A stretch of DNA of 63,237 nucleotides, filler included, from Octopus bimaculoides (lineage: Eukaryota), in assembly GCF_001194135.2 (NCBI RefSeq). It is 4 parts of 4 records of this genome, joined end to end, with 100 filler letters (N's around TTAATTAATTAA, not from the genome) between each part and the next. Parts side by side here need not be neighbours in the genome. Positions count along the whole stretch, not along the records: positions 24,291 to 30,836 come from NC_068988.1; positions 30,937 to 53,841 come from NC_068999.1; 2 more parts are not named here. One strand, 5' to 3'. Made by a program: the position numbers and the translations under genes. Below the pieces are notes generated by a model. The model was not told where the DNA came from and did no database searches. It was given only the letters and a program-made list of their open reading frames with translations. Shown here in pieces: positions 25,654-37,798 of this stretch; position 1 is the first letter of the stretch, and each line of letters opens with the position of its first letter.

Positions 25654-25815
25654 TTATTTAACAAAATTTGAATTTTTCACTGGTGAAGTCTCTTCTCCAC
25701 TTTTCCATCCTGTTAGTGAAGTTCTTAGATTTTCTTCTTTATTTTCTTTTGCTTGTTTGTGAAGATGTGAGTCAAATATTTCCACATCTTCTGGTACAGC
25801 AACATTGTTTTTCCT
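25654..25815 (-). CDS. Candidate coding exon E5 (53 aa then stop, unknown)
   Basis: TTTCCACATTGACTAG|AGG; RKNNVAVPEDVEIFDSHLHKQAKENKEENLRTSLTGWKSGEETSPVKNSNFVK*; purine-rich, protein-like composition. Acceptor only moderate. Confidence 0.22.
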   Translation of the reverse strand, partial: RKNNVAVPEDVEIFDSHLHKQAKENKEENLRTSLTGWKSGEETSPVKNSNFVK

Positions 25816-25924
25816 CTAGTCAATGTGGAAACTGTGGAGATTTTTATGCTCTTATTATATAGGTGGAGTATCACTGGCACTCTGGGCAAACTGCTTAGTG
25901 GTGTTTCATTTGTTTTAGTCATTT

Positions 25925-26312
25925 AGTCATTCACTTGCTTCAGTCATTTGACTGTAGCCATGCTGGAGCACCGCCTTTAGTCAAACAAATCGACCCCAAG
26001 ACTTATTCTTTGTAAGCCTAGTACTTATTCTAACAGTCTTTTTTGCCGAACTGCTAAGTTACAGGGATGTAAACACACCAACATCGGTTGTCAAGCGATG
26101 GTGGGGGGAGACAAACACAAACACACACACACAAATATATGCATACATACATATATATATGATGAACTTCTTTCAGTTTCCGTCTACCAGATCCACTCAC
26201 AAGGCTTTGGTCAGCCTGAGGCCTGAGTAGAAGACACTTGCTCAAGGTGCCATGCAGTGGAACTGAACCTGGAACCATGTGGTTGGGAAGCAAGCTTCTT
26301 ATCACACAGCCT
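25925..26312 (-). mobile_element. tRNA-derived SINE family A, full length
   Basis: Reverse complement of the 24667 and 55408 copies. Confidence 0.9.
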
Positions 26313-26319
26313 TTACATT

Positions 26320-26450
26320 CCATCATCATCATTATTGTTTAACATCCGCTATCCATGCTAGCATGGGTTGGACGATTGAGGACTGGTGAACCAGATGGCT
26401 ACACCAGGCTCCAATCCGATTTGGCAGAGTTTCTACAGCTGGATGCCTTT
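26320..26450 (-). mobile_element. Retroposon 3' end with (GAT)n tail, truncated
   Basis: CATCATCATCATT..GTTTAACATCCGC..TCCATGCTAGCATGGGTTGGACG..TTTCTACAGCTGGATGCC; RTE-type tail by recognition. Confidence 0.55.
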
Positions 26451-26806
26451 GTTCAAATTCTACCCAGGTCAACTTAACCTTTCATCCTTTTGGGGTTGAG
26501 CACTGGGTGTCAATGTAATTGACTTACCCCAACCCTTGAATTTTCTGGCCTTGTGCCAAAATTTGAAACCGTTATATAGGTGGAGTAAAGTGGAAAGCTG
26601 GCAGAATCATTAACACATCAGACAAAATTCTTCATGGCTCTTCTTTTGGTTTCATGTCCTCAGTTCAAATTCTACCAAAGCCAACTTTGCTTTTCACCCT
26701 TTTGGGGGTCAATAAAATAAGTTCCAGTCAAGCACTGGGATCAATGGAATTGACTAGGGCCCTCCCCTAAAATTTCAGGCTTTGTACCTTATAGCTGAAA
26801 GGATTA
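26450..26806 (+). mobile_element. Two tandem SINE family B copies
   Basis: Cores GTTCAAATTC..CTTTCATCC at 26451 and GCTGGCAGAATCATT..GTTCAAATTC..AAGGATTAT at 26597-26806. Confidence 0.75.
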
Positions 26807-26910
26807 TACAGGTGGGGTAAACACTTTCTCTTCCTTTTTCTGTCAAGTTTAACAAAATATAAGATGATTGCTGTTCAATTTAAGGGTGTAGATTTAAGTT
26901 CCTCACTCCC

Positions 26911-26957
<47 letters not shown>

Positions 26958-27397
26958 TTATATTTATAAACTTGAGGGCCAGTCAGGTGGTACTGGCAAC
27001 GACCTCGCTCGAATGTTGTTTTTCACGTGTATGTATATATCTGTGTGTGTGTGTGTGTGCAACTAATGCCAAAGTAATTGGGATCTTATGTGTGGAAAAA
27101 TTGAATTCTCTGTCTGATGTAAAATAAGTAGGAAATTAGGGAGAGATCTTGATGATCATGATGATGATGAAGACAATGATGATAATGATTTATGGATAGT
27201 GATAAAGGTAACAATAATGAATTATGGATGATCAATGACTGTGAATTATGAATGATGATGACGATGATAATTATTACAACAATGACAATGATGGAAATGA
27301 TGATGATGGATTAAGGATGATAAGAATCATGTTGATAATGGTGATAATAACAAATTACAGATATTGATGACAACGATGATGATGATAATGATGATGG

Positions 27398-27439
<42 letters not shown>

Positions 27440-27718
27440 CGACGATGACGATGATGATCTTGATAGGGATTGATTATGGATTATGATAATATTAATAATG
27501 GTGATAGATGTGGACATTGATAATGATGATAATGTTGACGATAATAACGATGGCAGTAATGATAATGTTGGTGATGATGCATCCTATTTCTCACAGTTAT
27601 ATCAGATATCACAATCCATTAATCTGTCAATCTAACAAAAAAATCATTTGGGATTTCTTTTAGAAGGAAGTATACATTCTTCATTTCCATTTTTCTTTTC
27701 TTTCTTTTGTTTGTTGCT

Positions 27719-27755
<37 letters not shown>

Positions 27756-28282
27756 CATCATTGTAGGTGCAGTATTGCCAGATAGTTAAGAAATTCACTC
27801 CACACCCATGAGAACCTAGGTGCTGCCCTGCTGCAAGATTTCCTTCGACAAATGTCATTTTCTATAGTTTTGGGGTTGAATTATATTTTGTGTTACACTG
27901 GGTTGATGGAAATTGTATAGAAACCCACTAGGTGGATTTTATCTATAATCCTAAGGGTACTACCATATCAAGCTGATTCTGTTTGAAAATTATATTAAGG
28001 GTACTCGTGTTTGTGGAACACTCTTCCACTTATACACAAATTCTTGAACAAGTCATTTTGTTGATCAAACAACTGAGTCCTCCTTATCAGACCATATCCA
28101 CCATCAAGGACTTTATTATTCAATATGTTCTTCCCTATTTTAAGACAACAAATTTGACACAAGGAAGGTTTGGCTGCTATTTCCAACAGGTCAACATGTA
28201 GAAGTTCCCGCATAGGTTCGTTATCTATTAAGGATGTTAAACTGAATTTTGAATACAGTTTAAAAGTATAAATGAGATTTAC

Positions 28283-28378
28283 TTCATAAAAGTATGAGTT
28301 TTTCCTATTGAAAATGCACCAAAATTTTGCATCTCCAATAAAGAACCTTATCTTGTCCACAATATCAATCTCTGAAAG
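28283..28378 (-). CDS. Candidate internal coding exon E4 (32 codons, unknown)
   Basis: GACAG|CTT (phase 0) or CTTTCAG|AG (phase 1, 28371); LSEIDIVDKIRFFIGDAKFWCIFNRKNSYFYE; donor GAA|GTAAAT. Confidence 0.2.
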
Positions 28379-29109
28379 CTGTCAATCACTTAACATATAT
28401 TAAACGTCTTGCTTCTTTGACCATTGACTCACTAATGTTTTGATGTCCAGTAGCTGACTTGAACCCTACAGGCTCATTTCCACTGTATAGCATCTTGGAC
28501 AAGTGTCTTCTGCTTTAACTTCAGACCAACCAAAGCTTTGTGAGTGAAATTTGATAAACTGAAATGTTGTGGAAACCAATCAGAGAGAGAGACATTTTTT
28601 GTCTTTGAGTGGCAAATTCAATCTATTGGCCTGTTTAACACAATCACCCAGCTTTTTGGTCCCTTTAGCTGCCCTGTTTAACACCAACATTTAGCCCTTC
28701 AGTGCACACCACTATCTAGTCCATGAGTATATTTTGCTAGCTCTGGTGGCCCTTGTGTGCTTTTAGCCAACCTGTGTAACACTTCCATATAACCCTTGGG
28801 TACTTTTCGTGGGACCCTCTGTTTTTGACTGTTCAAACCAGATGTCTATTCTGAGCCTAATTTCCCCGACCCCCACCCAATCTCAGAATCTCTGACAAAG
28901 GTTATGAGTAATGCTCTTATTTTTGACTACCACAATTAAAAGAAGAGAAAAAAAAGCATAAAAAATAATTATAGTTTTAATAACAATATGAGTCAAGACA
29001 GTTGGTGCATCTTGTTTACTAGTTGAACATCCTCAGATTATCCAGTACCTATTGCCATCTGAAACCTTGTTTAGAGGCTAAACACTTTTAGATTAATTGG
29101 TAGTGGAGA

Positions 29110-29335
29110 CATATGGGTTCATGGTTATGATGTTGGACTCATGATCATAAGATTGTAATTTCAGTTCCTGAACTGGGCGACACATTGTTCTTGGACAAAA
29201 CATTCCATTTCATGTTGCTCCAGTCTTCAGCTGGTAAAATTGAGTAATTCTGCGATGGACCAGCAACATATCCAGTGAGGAATATATGTGCCGCAAAAAC
29301 CAGGAAACCAGCCTTATGAGTTTATATGACTCAGG
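29110..29335 (+). mobile_element. SINE family C, degenerate
   Basis: tRNA-like head ..CATGATCATAAGATTGT..TTCAGTTCCTGAACTGGGCG..TGTTCTTGGACAAAACA..CATGTTGCTCCAGT; related to 36140 and 61970. Confidence 0.55.
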
Positions 29336-29398
29336 ATGGATCAGTATCATTATCCTATAATTATCTGATATCTATTGCAATCAGGGCTCTGTTTAAAG

Positions 29399-29731
29399 CA
29401 GGGGTTCTCAACCATTTTTTATCTATGGACCCCTTTGGTTACTATTTTGTTTTGGGGGACACCCATAGCCATTCCATGTTTAAAAACTAATTTTATAGAA
29501 ACTTCTTTCAAAATTCCTATTCTGTTTTACACACAGGCTGCGTAGGCTGAACTATGTAAAATGTTACAGAAAGAAACCTGTCTCTTGCTATGCATACATC
29601 TAAAGAAAAATATTTTCAAGGGCCCTTGAAATACTATTGTGGATCCCCAATTTATCATTTTGTTGTATGAACCCCACAAAATCTTATATGGACCCTCAGA
29701 GGCCTTATAGGACCCCAGTTGAGAACCACTG
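29399..29731. mobile_element. hAT MITE related to the 1725 element, opposite orientation
   Basis: TIRs CAGGGGTTCTCAAC and GTTGAGAACCACTG; shared subterminal CCATTTTTT..CTATGGACCCCTTTG. TSD not preserved (GTTTAAAG vs GTGGAGTG). Confidence 0.75.
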
Positions 29732-30099
29732 GTGGAGTGACTGAACACTCCCAGATTATCTGGTACATATTGCTATCAGCTAAGAAAATTGAGGAAATCT
29801 AGAAAACATATTTTGAAGAAAAAAATAAGCAAACAAACAGAAAACCAGTGGCCCAGCAGCAGATTTCAAATCCTGACTCATAAGCAGGCAGCTGAACTAC
29901 CTTATCTACTCAGCCATGTTGCCTTCTAACTGGAACATATTTGGTGTCAGTTGGCTGTCTTTGTACCATTGGTTGAATTAGTATAGAATAAAAAACAAAT
30001 CTAGCAACAACAACAACTACTACACCTAAAATCTCATTGATGCAACAGCCTTGCACACTTCACTTCATACTGCTCACTATTCTGTAGACATTTTTTTTT

Positions 30100-30330
30100 A
30101 TTTTTATTCTTTTACTTGTTCCAGTCATAAGACTGTGGCCATGCTGGGGCACCACCTTGAAGGGATTTGAATGAACCGACCCTAGGTTTTTTTTTTTTTT
30201 TAAGCCTAGTACTTATTCTATCAAGTACTTTACTGAACCATTAAGCTATGGGGATATAAAAACACCAAACCAGTGGTCAAGTGGTGGTGAGGAGCAAACA
30301 CAAACACAAAGATGTTCACACATAAATGTA
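30100..30330 (-). mobile_element. SINE family A, 3' half
   Basis: TCTTTTACTTGTT..CAGTCAT..GACTGTGGCCATGCTGG..AAGCCTAGTACTTATTCTATC. Confidence 0.75.
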
Positions 30331-30331
30331 T

Positions 30332-30368
<37 letters not shown>

Positions 30369-30836
30369 CACACACACACATACATATATATATATGTCCA
30401 TCTTCTATGTTCCTGCCTTTAGGCTTTCACTTCATACAAGCCAGCTCAATTTGATTCGTTCTCAGTCGAAAGACACCTGTTGTTATTTCTTGTTGTTTGT
30501 ATTCGTAATTGTGTACCATGTTCTCTATCTTTTTTGTTTGTTTGTTTTTTGTGTTTTTGTTGCCGTACACATTCACTAGCTTTCTTAAAAATGCTCTTAG
30601 CTTAGACTTTTTAGGGGGCAACCAGATTGAACTATCTCAAGTGTAACTGTGCGAAATGGTCGTGACTTCTGGTACTTGACTGAGGAAAGAAAGCCACAAA
30701 TGACCCATCTTTTTTGCCTGTCCTCCTAATTGTTGTTTCTCTTCTCTGCCTTTGTATCATCTATCTATCCAAATATTTTATTGTCCTCTACTGCATTTTT
30801 GTTCCATTTCCATATATATATATATATATATATATA

Positions 30837-30936
30837 NNNNNNNNNNNNNNNNNNNNNNNNNNNNNNNNNNNNNNNNNNNNTTAATTAATTAANNNNNNNN
30901 NNNNNNNNNNNNNNNNNNNNNNNNNNNNNNNNNNNN
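30837..30936. other. Artificial scaffold join marker
   Basis: N44-TTAATTAATTAA-N44. Confidence 0.95.
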
Positions 30937-30945
30937 TATATATGT

Positions 30946-30982
<37 letters not shown>

Positions 30983-32003
30983 TACAAAGAAAGAAAGAAA
31001 GAAAGAAAGAAAAAAAACGTAAGAAAGAACGTAATTCCATTCTTTCTTTCTTTCTCTGCCTCTCTCTCATACAAACATGCACATATACATGCAAATTGAA
31101 ATAGACAGGTAAATAACGTATGTGGCTATGTTAAATGCATCTGTGAGTTTTTAAGTCAAGGTGATTGTTATTTATATTGTTTTGATTTGTTTAACTGCAC
31201 CGTTATCTTTGTTTCTGTTACACCCTTATGCAAATGTTTGTAACAAGATACAACTATATCTCTTCACATTCAAGACAACTACTGTGTTCCTCTCTCTTCA
31301 TCTAAAAGCAAATGCTGAATTGAACAATGTTTCTTTGTCAAAAAAGATATATTTAAAAACATAATCTGTTTTTGTAACTCTCTATTCATGCTGAACAAAC
31401 CGCGGCATGATTTGTTTGAACAAATCTTTAAGCATTATTGAGACGAAAAATATAATTCCAAGTTCATGTCATAAATTATGCGAGTTAATTGAAAAAAAAA
31501 CGAGTAGAAAAGTAATATATAAATCTGCAAACATGATAAGAATTTATTACAAAGAACATTATATGGTGTATAATTTTTGTATCTATAAAGCAATGTTACA
31601 TTATATTATTTTTGGCAAAATATTTTGTTTGAGGTTTGTTTGTATGTATAACTATCGTTTATCGATAAATAAATAAATATGAAATATGCTATTGTAGAAG
31701 AGGTATGATATGAATAATAAAATGTCAAACCTATGCTTTATACTAACAATGGAAAGAATTGATTTCACGTTTAAAGAATATAAGAGATCTGGTATATTTC
31801 TTTGAATTTAGGTAAACGTGCACCAGCAACATATTATAATATCCAAATAAGAAACTAGAATGGAGTTTCTCTGAAATGCTTCATTATATTCATATTAATT
31901 TTTGTATACAGTGTACAGGTGGACAAATGTATTGTAATTTCAATTTTAAAAAGCAAAGATATCAGCCATAGTTTCGAAGCAATATGCTTTATAAAGAACA
32001 TAC

Positions 32004-32186
32004 ATGAAGATACGGTGACACAGGCAAGTATTTCTCTTTGTCTGTGCATTTTTTACAGGTATACTGTAGATTCTTCTCATTGGTCCACGTGAAATCGCTG
32101 GATTGTATCCACGTGAAAGCTCTGGATTGTGTCCATGTGAAAGCCCTGATATCCAATTCCCGTTTACAGGATGTGTTTTCTTTTAC
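32004..32186 (-). CDS. Candidate internal coding exon E3 (61 codons, phase 0-0)
   Basis: TTCTCTGATGTTTGTAG|GTA ... CAT|GTATGT; VKENTSCKRELDIRAFTWTQSRAFTWIQSSDFTWTNEKNLQYTCKKCTDKEKYLPVSPYLH; contains an in-frame 24-bp repeat. Confidence 0.25.
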
Positions 32187-32289
32187 CTACAAACATCAGA
32201 GAAGTTATTCGCACCTTAACTTTCGCCTGATCAAACACATTTAAGATTGGAAAATATATTATATTAGTTATTATTTCTATTTTTCAAAG

Positions 32290-32845
32290 ATCAACAAAAA
32301 ATCATTTCGGAAATTTTCATAAACGTTGAGAATAAAAAATATTCTCACATCTGTCTCTACTATTTTAATGATCATATTTTCCTCAAATACTGCCATCTAT
32401 ATATTCACCTCACTAGGAACAAAACTGTTATCCTAATTATTTTACTATAATAACTGTTAAAACATAACAGTTCTTTTCCCAAATTATTGCGGAAATTTTC
32501 ATTTACGTGGTGAATCAAAAGGTTTCTCACACTTGTGTTTACTCTTGTCATAATAATATTTTTCTCAAATACTTTCACCTATATATTCGAATAATTAAGC
32601 GCATAACTGTTGTCCTTATTATGTCACTATAATAACTATTTGAAGATTAACAGTTTCTTTTCCAAATAATTTCGTAATTTTTTTCTGAACGTGTATAATA
32701 TTAAGGTTTCCGACTCAAGGAATTACTCCTGTAATAAAACCGTATTTGTTTCGAATACTTTTACCTACGTATATACTAAACTCCCTAGGAACATAACTGT
32801 TACCCTAATTATGTTGCGATAAAAACTATTTCGAAACTAACAGTA
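32290..32845. repeat. Old tandem array, period about 183 bp, about 3 copies
   Basis: Anchors CGGAAATTTTCAT at 32308 and 32490, variant at 32673; AAATACT at 32385, 32567 and about 32753; A.AACTGTT..CCT.ATTAT and TAACAGT in each unit. Confidence 0.7.
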
Positions 32846-35800
32846 CCCTCTCCAATGTATGTTGAATCGGGCAACTCAAAGCGTTATTGTTTGGTAGCGT
32901 AAATGTAAATGCAAAAATATTAGAATCTTTGAACAGTATGAAAGAAAACTCAGCAGGCGGTACTGGCATATATTTCGCATTGACATATATTATAGGCACT
33001 CTTCCTCTGTGTTCTTCCAACGAATTGACTTTGCCTGTGTGTTTCCCTCTCTTTACTTCGCCCGTTCTCAATCAAACTGTTTTTCTCATTCTCTCACTCT
33101 CTCAGACTGCGTAGAAAAAGTGCCTAAGGATATACTGTAAATAGAATAGTCAAATTAATTGAAGTAAAACATGGTTTAGAAAAAACAAGTTTTCTACAAG
33201 AAGATTTGAAGAACATAACAGAAAATAATTTCTAGAGATGAAAAATTCATTATATTTTTCCACTGAACAACAGTGGTGAATGACACTGAACAACAAATAT
33301 TCTACTGAAATAATTGCCGATGTTTAACCCAGTTTCAACGTCAACTAGGCAGACTTGTGCTGAAAGTTATCTCAACCATGGTCATAATTTTTGTTTTTAT
33401 ATTTGTGTTGTAAGAAAACTTAAGCAGCATTATTCAGTTGGTCCTTTTCGGAGAATGTAAGAGGTTGGATGAACGTAACTGTGTTTGACTGCTAGTAATA
33501 AAATGACATAGCCATGCATGGTAATTAGATTGCTGATACGACACGTGATTGAATATGTGCATGAGGCTTTTGTATACAGAGTAAAGAACTTAACTTTCAA
33601 TTCATGTTGCAGGAAATAATTTCCATACACTTTATTAATATGGGCATTACCACTTACTCAGATTAACATAAGATCTAGGTATACCATAGACAACATCTAG
33701 CTCCTTAAACAACCGAACAACATGCTTTAGTTCTAGATAATACTTGACTTTGAAGATACTTAATAGGTAGGAAATGCCCCGGAGTTAAACTATACAATAC
33801 AAAAGCGCAATATTTAGTAATAATTGATAGATAACAATGAAAAATGCCTCAACAATTAATTAAATCTATGGTATTACATAAGCCTTATATATGATATCAT
33901 TGGATACGATAGCTTCCATTCATACCCTTGGAGTATTATTAAACGAAATATATATATATACAATTCCTATAGATATCCATATACATGGTTTATCTTAGGT
34001 ATAAAGAGAAAATTAGGAATTGTGTCTTTTCACTTAATAAGAAATCATTAATTCAGAGCATTTAAGGTCAATCATGTGTATATTATACGTGTTTTTTATG
34101 TATGTATGTATGTATGTATGTACGCATATATGTATGTATGTATGTATGTTTGTATGTATGTGTGTGTATGTGTGCAGGTCCGTATGTGTATGTTTGTCTG
34201 TTGGTGTGTGTTTGTATGCATATGGTGTTTCATTGGAGAATTTTAATTCTGAGTTCAGCAATCTGATTATATCCTTGTAAATTTCAGAAGTGCCTTTCTG
34301 ATTTATTTTATAGCAAATTACAGACGATATACTTGGAGAATGCATTAAACCATCATTGTGATGAATTCATTACGCTTTATCTTTGACTAATCATTAAATA
34401 ATCATAACATCCATATTATGTTCTACTATGTGCTACACTAAGAATGCAGTAATAATTTATGATATATCAGATACACAAGCAGATTGTGGCATCATAGAAA
34501 GAGATTTATGCATGTCTGTTCAAAACAACAGTTATAATTCTCTTCGAATATAAGTAATAAAGACAAGCGTAAGTTGACATTATGTTGTTTTATTATCATG
34601 TAAATTCGATATAAATATAAATATAAATATTTTTGGAGATGGAGAAAGAGAACAGTGAGCCTAGAAACCAGGGCATTATATCAATGTACTAGCTTTGTAT
34701 GTCTACTGCGTGTTGAGATTGCTATGAATACTTGCTTCATTGAACTCGTTGAACTTTGTCTTTCTGGCGAAGTTATAGTGCAAAGAAAACTAAACTGCTT
34801 TCAAAAAGCAGAAGTTTCTGACTAGTTGAAGAATAATAAATCGAATAAACTGTCCACCATTAAAATATTACTGGTATTACAGTAACAATCGCAGAAGGAA
34901 TAAAAAGCGAAGCCGTTCTCGGAGATGTATTTTATGGGAAAATATTACGAGATAAGTTTGAAACAGTAATGTCATCTCAAAGAAAACAAAAAACAACGAC
35001 AGAAAGAAAGAAAAATAAATAAATAAACAAATAAAAAAATCACTGATAGATATTTAAATGATAACCGTTGCAAAGATTGGTTAATTCTGGGTCAATTAAT
35101 ACCAAGTTAAATCTTTTCCAGAATACACATGAACAAGCGCATTTCAGCAACGATTATCCCGTGCTTTCTTTACTCATAGACAGGAACCAAGAGCTCATTA
35201 TTCATTGTGTTCATTTCCTAAAAAAACACAAACGTGATTGAGTGTGAATTGATTGAAATTAGATTTCGATTTCTAGATAGGCCAAGTGACAACAGAAAGA
35301 CTACTTTGCTGTCTCGGTAAACGACACTATTCTAATTCGGTATATCTTATACTGTGGAAACACTGCTTATTTACTTACTTTACGTGTTTTTGTTATAAAT
35401 AAAGTTTCACTACAATCGTGCATTCGAATGTGAGGTACAGATATGATATTTAGCCTAGTTAAGAAATAATGTATCTAATGCCCTCGTTTTTCTTTGTTTA
35501 CCGAGAGCCTTATCATTCCTTTGTAATATGAGTATGCCTGTATGTATGCACACACAAAAAATATTCTTGCTTTACATTCATGTCCTTCACTGGAATAGAA
35601 AAAACTTATTTATCGATTGGTATGATGTAGAATAAAGAATAACACTCATTTAATATTTTAATCAGTGCTCAAAATGTAACTCAGCAATATGTGTTGATAG
35701 AAGTACATCTTTCAGCAGCTGATCAAGAAAACTATATTACTGGTTTCTGTTGATGATGCCTTTGCAGATATATTCTATTTTAGTTTGATAGAGATACATA

Positions 35801-36139
35801 TTTGCTTCTAATAACACCTATGTTGAATTACTGACTGTATTCTCCATCGGTAACATTCGTTTTCTCTACTGGAACCTGGAAAGCACCTAAAGATGGTAAT
35901 CTATGTCTTCTCGTAGAGGTTTAAAATCTATTGAATAAATAATAACTTCACGCCATTTGGGTATAAAAATATATTATATTTATACAATTTAGCACATATC
36001 GAACTATTCCCATTTTGCGGGTGTCATAACTTCTTCATTATATTATTTAATTCTGTATACTTTCCTCGCTTATGGCTTAGATGTGCTGTCAACATTTAAC
36101 AAAACGAAGTGCTGACCCAATGCATTATTCTCAACTATA

Positions 36140-36470
36140 GTCGTTGGCTCAGTGTTCACAATCATGAGGTAGTGAGTTTGATTCCCGGAACGAGCAGTAT
36201 GTTGTGTTCTTGAGAAAGACACTTTTTGTCACGTTGCTCCAGTTCATTTAGTTATAGAAATGAGTTGCGAAGTTACCGGTGCCAATCTGTATCAGTCTTA
36301 GCCTTTCTCTTGGATAACATCGGTGGCATGTGGGGGTGATGCTGGTGTGCATGGTAAGTGCTGGTCTTCCATAGACACAGTTTCCAGGATGTGTGCCTTG
36401 GAGGCGTACTTTCTAGGCGCAATCCCATGGTCATTCATGACCGGAGGAGATTTTTTTACCCATTTTTACT
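36140..36470 (+). mobile_element. SINE family C
   Basis: TCACAATCATGAGGTAGTGAGTTTGATTCCCGG (box B-like)..TGTGTTCTTGAGAAAGACAC..GTTGCTCCAGTTCA..GCAATCCCATGGTCATTCATGACCGGAGG. Confidence 0.7.
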
Positions 36471-36884
36471 CCTGGAACAACTTCGCAAATAATTTCGGTG
36501 GAATAAGCGAAGTATTTGCAATCAACGCCAATGTCGAAATTGTTGTTAATGCTATATCTTAGGTGAAAGTTGTCAAATAATAGATGACAATGGAAACCTA
36601 TCGTTATTATTCTCTGTTATTTTATTTGTAGAGATATAGTGTCTCCAACTACATTATCTAATTGGAAATGCATTGGGAAAATCGTTAGAGCAAATTACAA
36701 AATACGAGAAGCATATAGTTAATATCTTTTATACTTTGATTTCAAATACTGTTAAGAACAATATTATATTTACCTTTAGTGTCATAAGAATATTGTTCCA
36801 AATAACTGCTGGAGTTGTTTAGTATTTCTAGTAATATCTCTGTAGTTAAGCTAAAATCAATAAGAAGTTAAGCTAAAATCAAAT

Positions 36885-37075
36885 GTGGGCAGAAAACCGT
36901 CAATTCTATAAGAATGTTTCTGTTTATGTCTTCGACACCAGTTCTCGACTGGTACGTATTTCAACCGACGACAAAGGAGGAAATGTAAAGTCGAATTTGA
37001 ACTCCAAAAGTAAATACGGGTGAAATGACGCTAAGCATTTTTTCGGGCTTGCTGACAATTCTGAGAGCTCACCGC
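36885..37075 (-). mobile_element. SINE family B, degenerate
   Basis: CGACTGGTACGTATTT..GTAAAGTCGAATTTGAACTCC..GAAATGACGCTAAGCATTTT. Confidence 0.7.
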
Positions 37076-37624
37076 GTCCATGGTAAAGTAAATAATATGA
37101 TGTGAGATACAGGGACTAAATTTGTCTTTCATTTTTAAAAACAGTCGAGAATGATACAAGAAAAATTTTACTAATATTTCTAGTATTGAGAGATTCTACA
37201 TAGGCACTGTTTTGCACTTAACTGTATATTGAGATGGATGTGTAGAGATGGTTTTAAATTACAGCTGTTATCCTAATCACCAGCATTTCTTAAGTTTAAA
37301 TACCTTCGTAGGAAAACATTCCTCTGAACAACGTAGACAATTTAAAAAAAAATCTATATGTGTTGTTGTTACTTAGAACGTATCTATTACTAACATTATA
37401 TAAATAGGTAAACTAAATCTGGACAGAATCACAGGTCTCAATGAGTTCATTGAGGGACAGAAGCTGTCAATATTTCTTTTTATACTTTGAGCAGCTGATT
37501 CATATTCGATCTTGTCTCGCGCAATTCAGTATAATACACACTGCTGAAACAATCACTCCAAATGCATACAATTATGTGCATTTACGAACGTATACATGTG
37601 TTCATTGTTGGGGGTTCGTAAGCA

Positions 37625-37656
<32 letters not shown>

Positions 37657-37734
37657 CACACATATATATATATATATACACGTATATATNNNNNNNNNNN
37701 NNNNNNNNNNNNNNNTATATATATGTATATATAT

Positions 37735-37798
<64 letters not shown>

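Noticed and set aside
27995-28360. 121-aa minus-strand ORF as a single-exon gene
   Set aside because: Its C-terminal half (DLLEIAAKPSL...) translates a family D repeat; only the first ~30 codons remain as an exon candidate.
30427-30700. 64-aa lysine-rich ORF with a good upstream acceptor (TTTCTTTCCTCAG)
   Set aside because: An in-frame stop separates acceptor and ORF, no convincing donor, and the resemblance to an RTE endonuclease start was too weak to call.
35640-35930. Protein-like minus-strand translation (…FLDQLLKDVLLSTHI…)
   Set aside because: Multiple stops in every frame; probably an old repeat I cannot classify.
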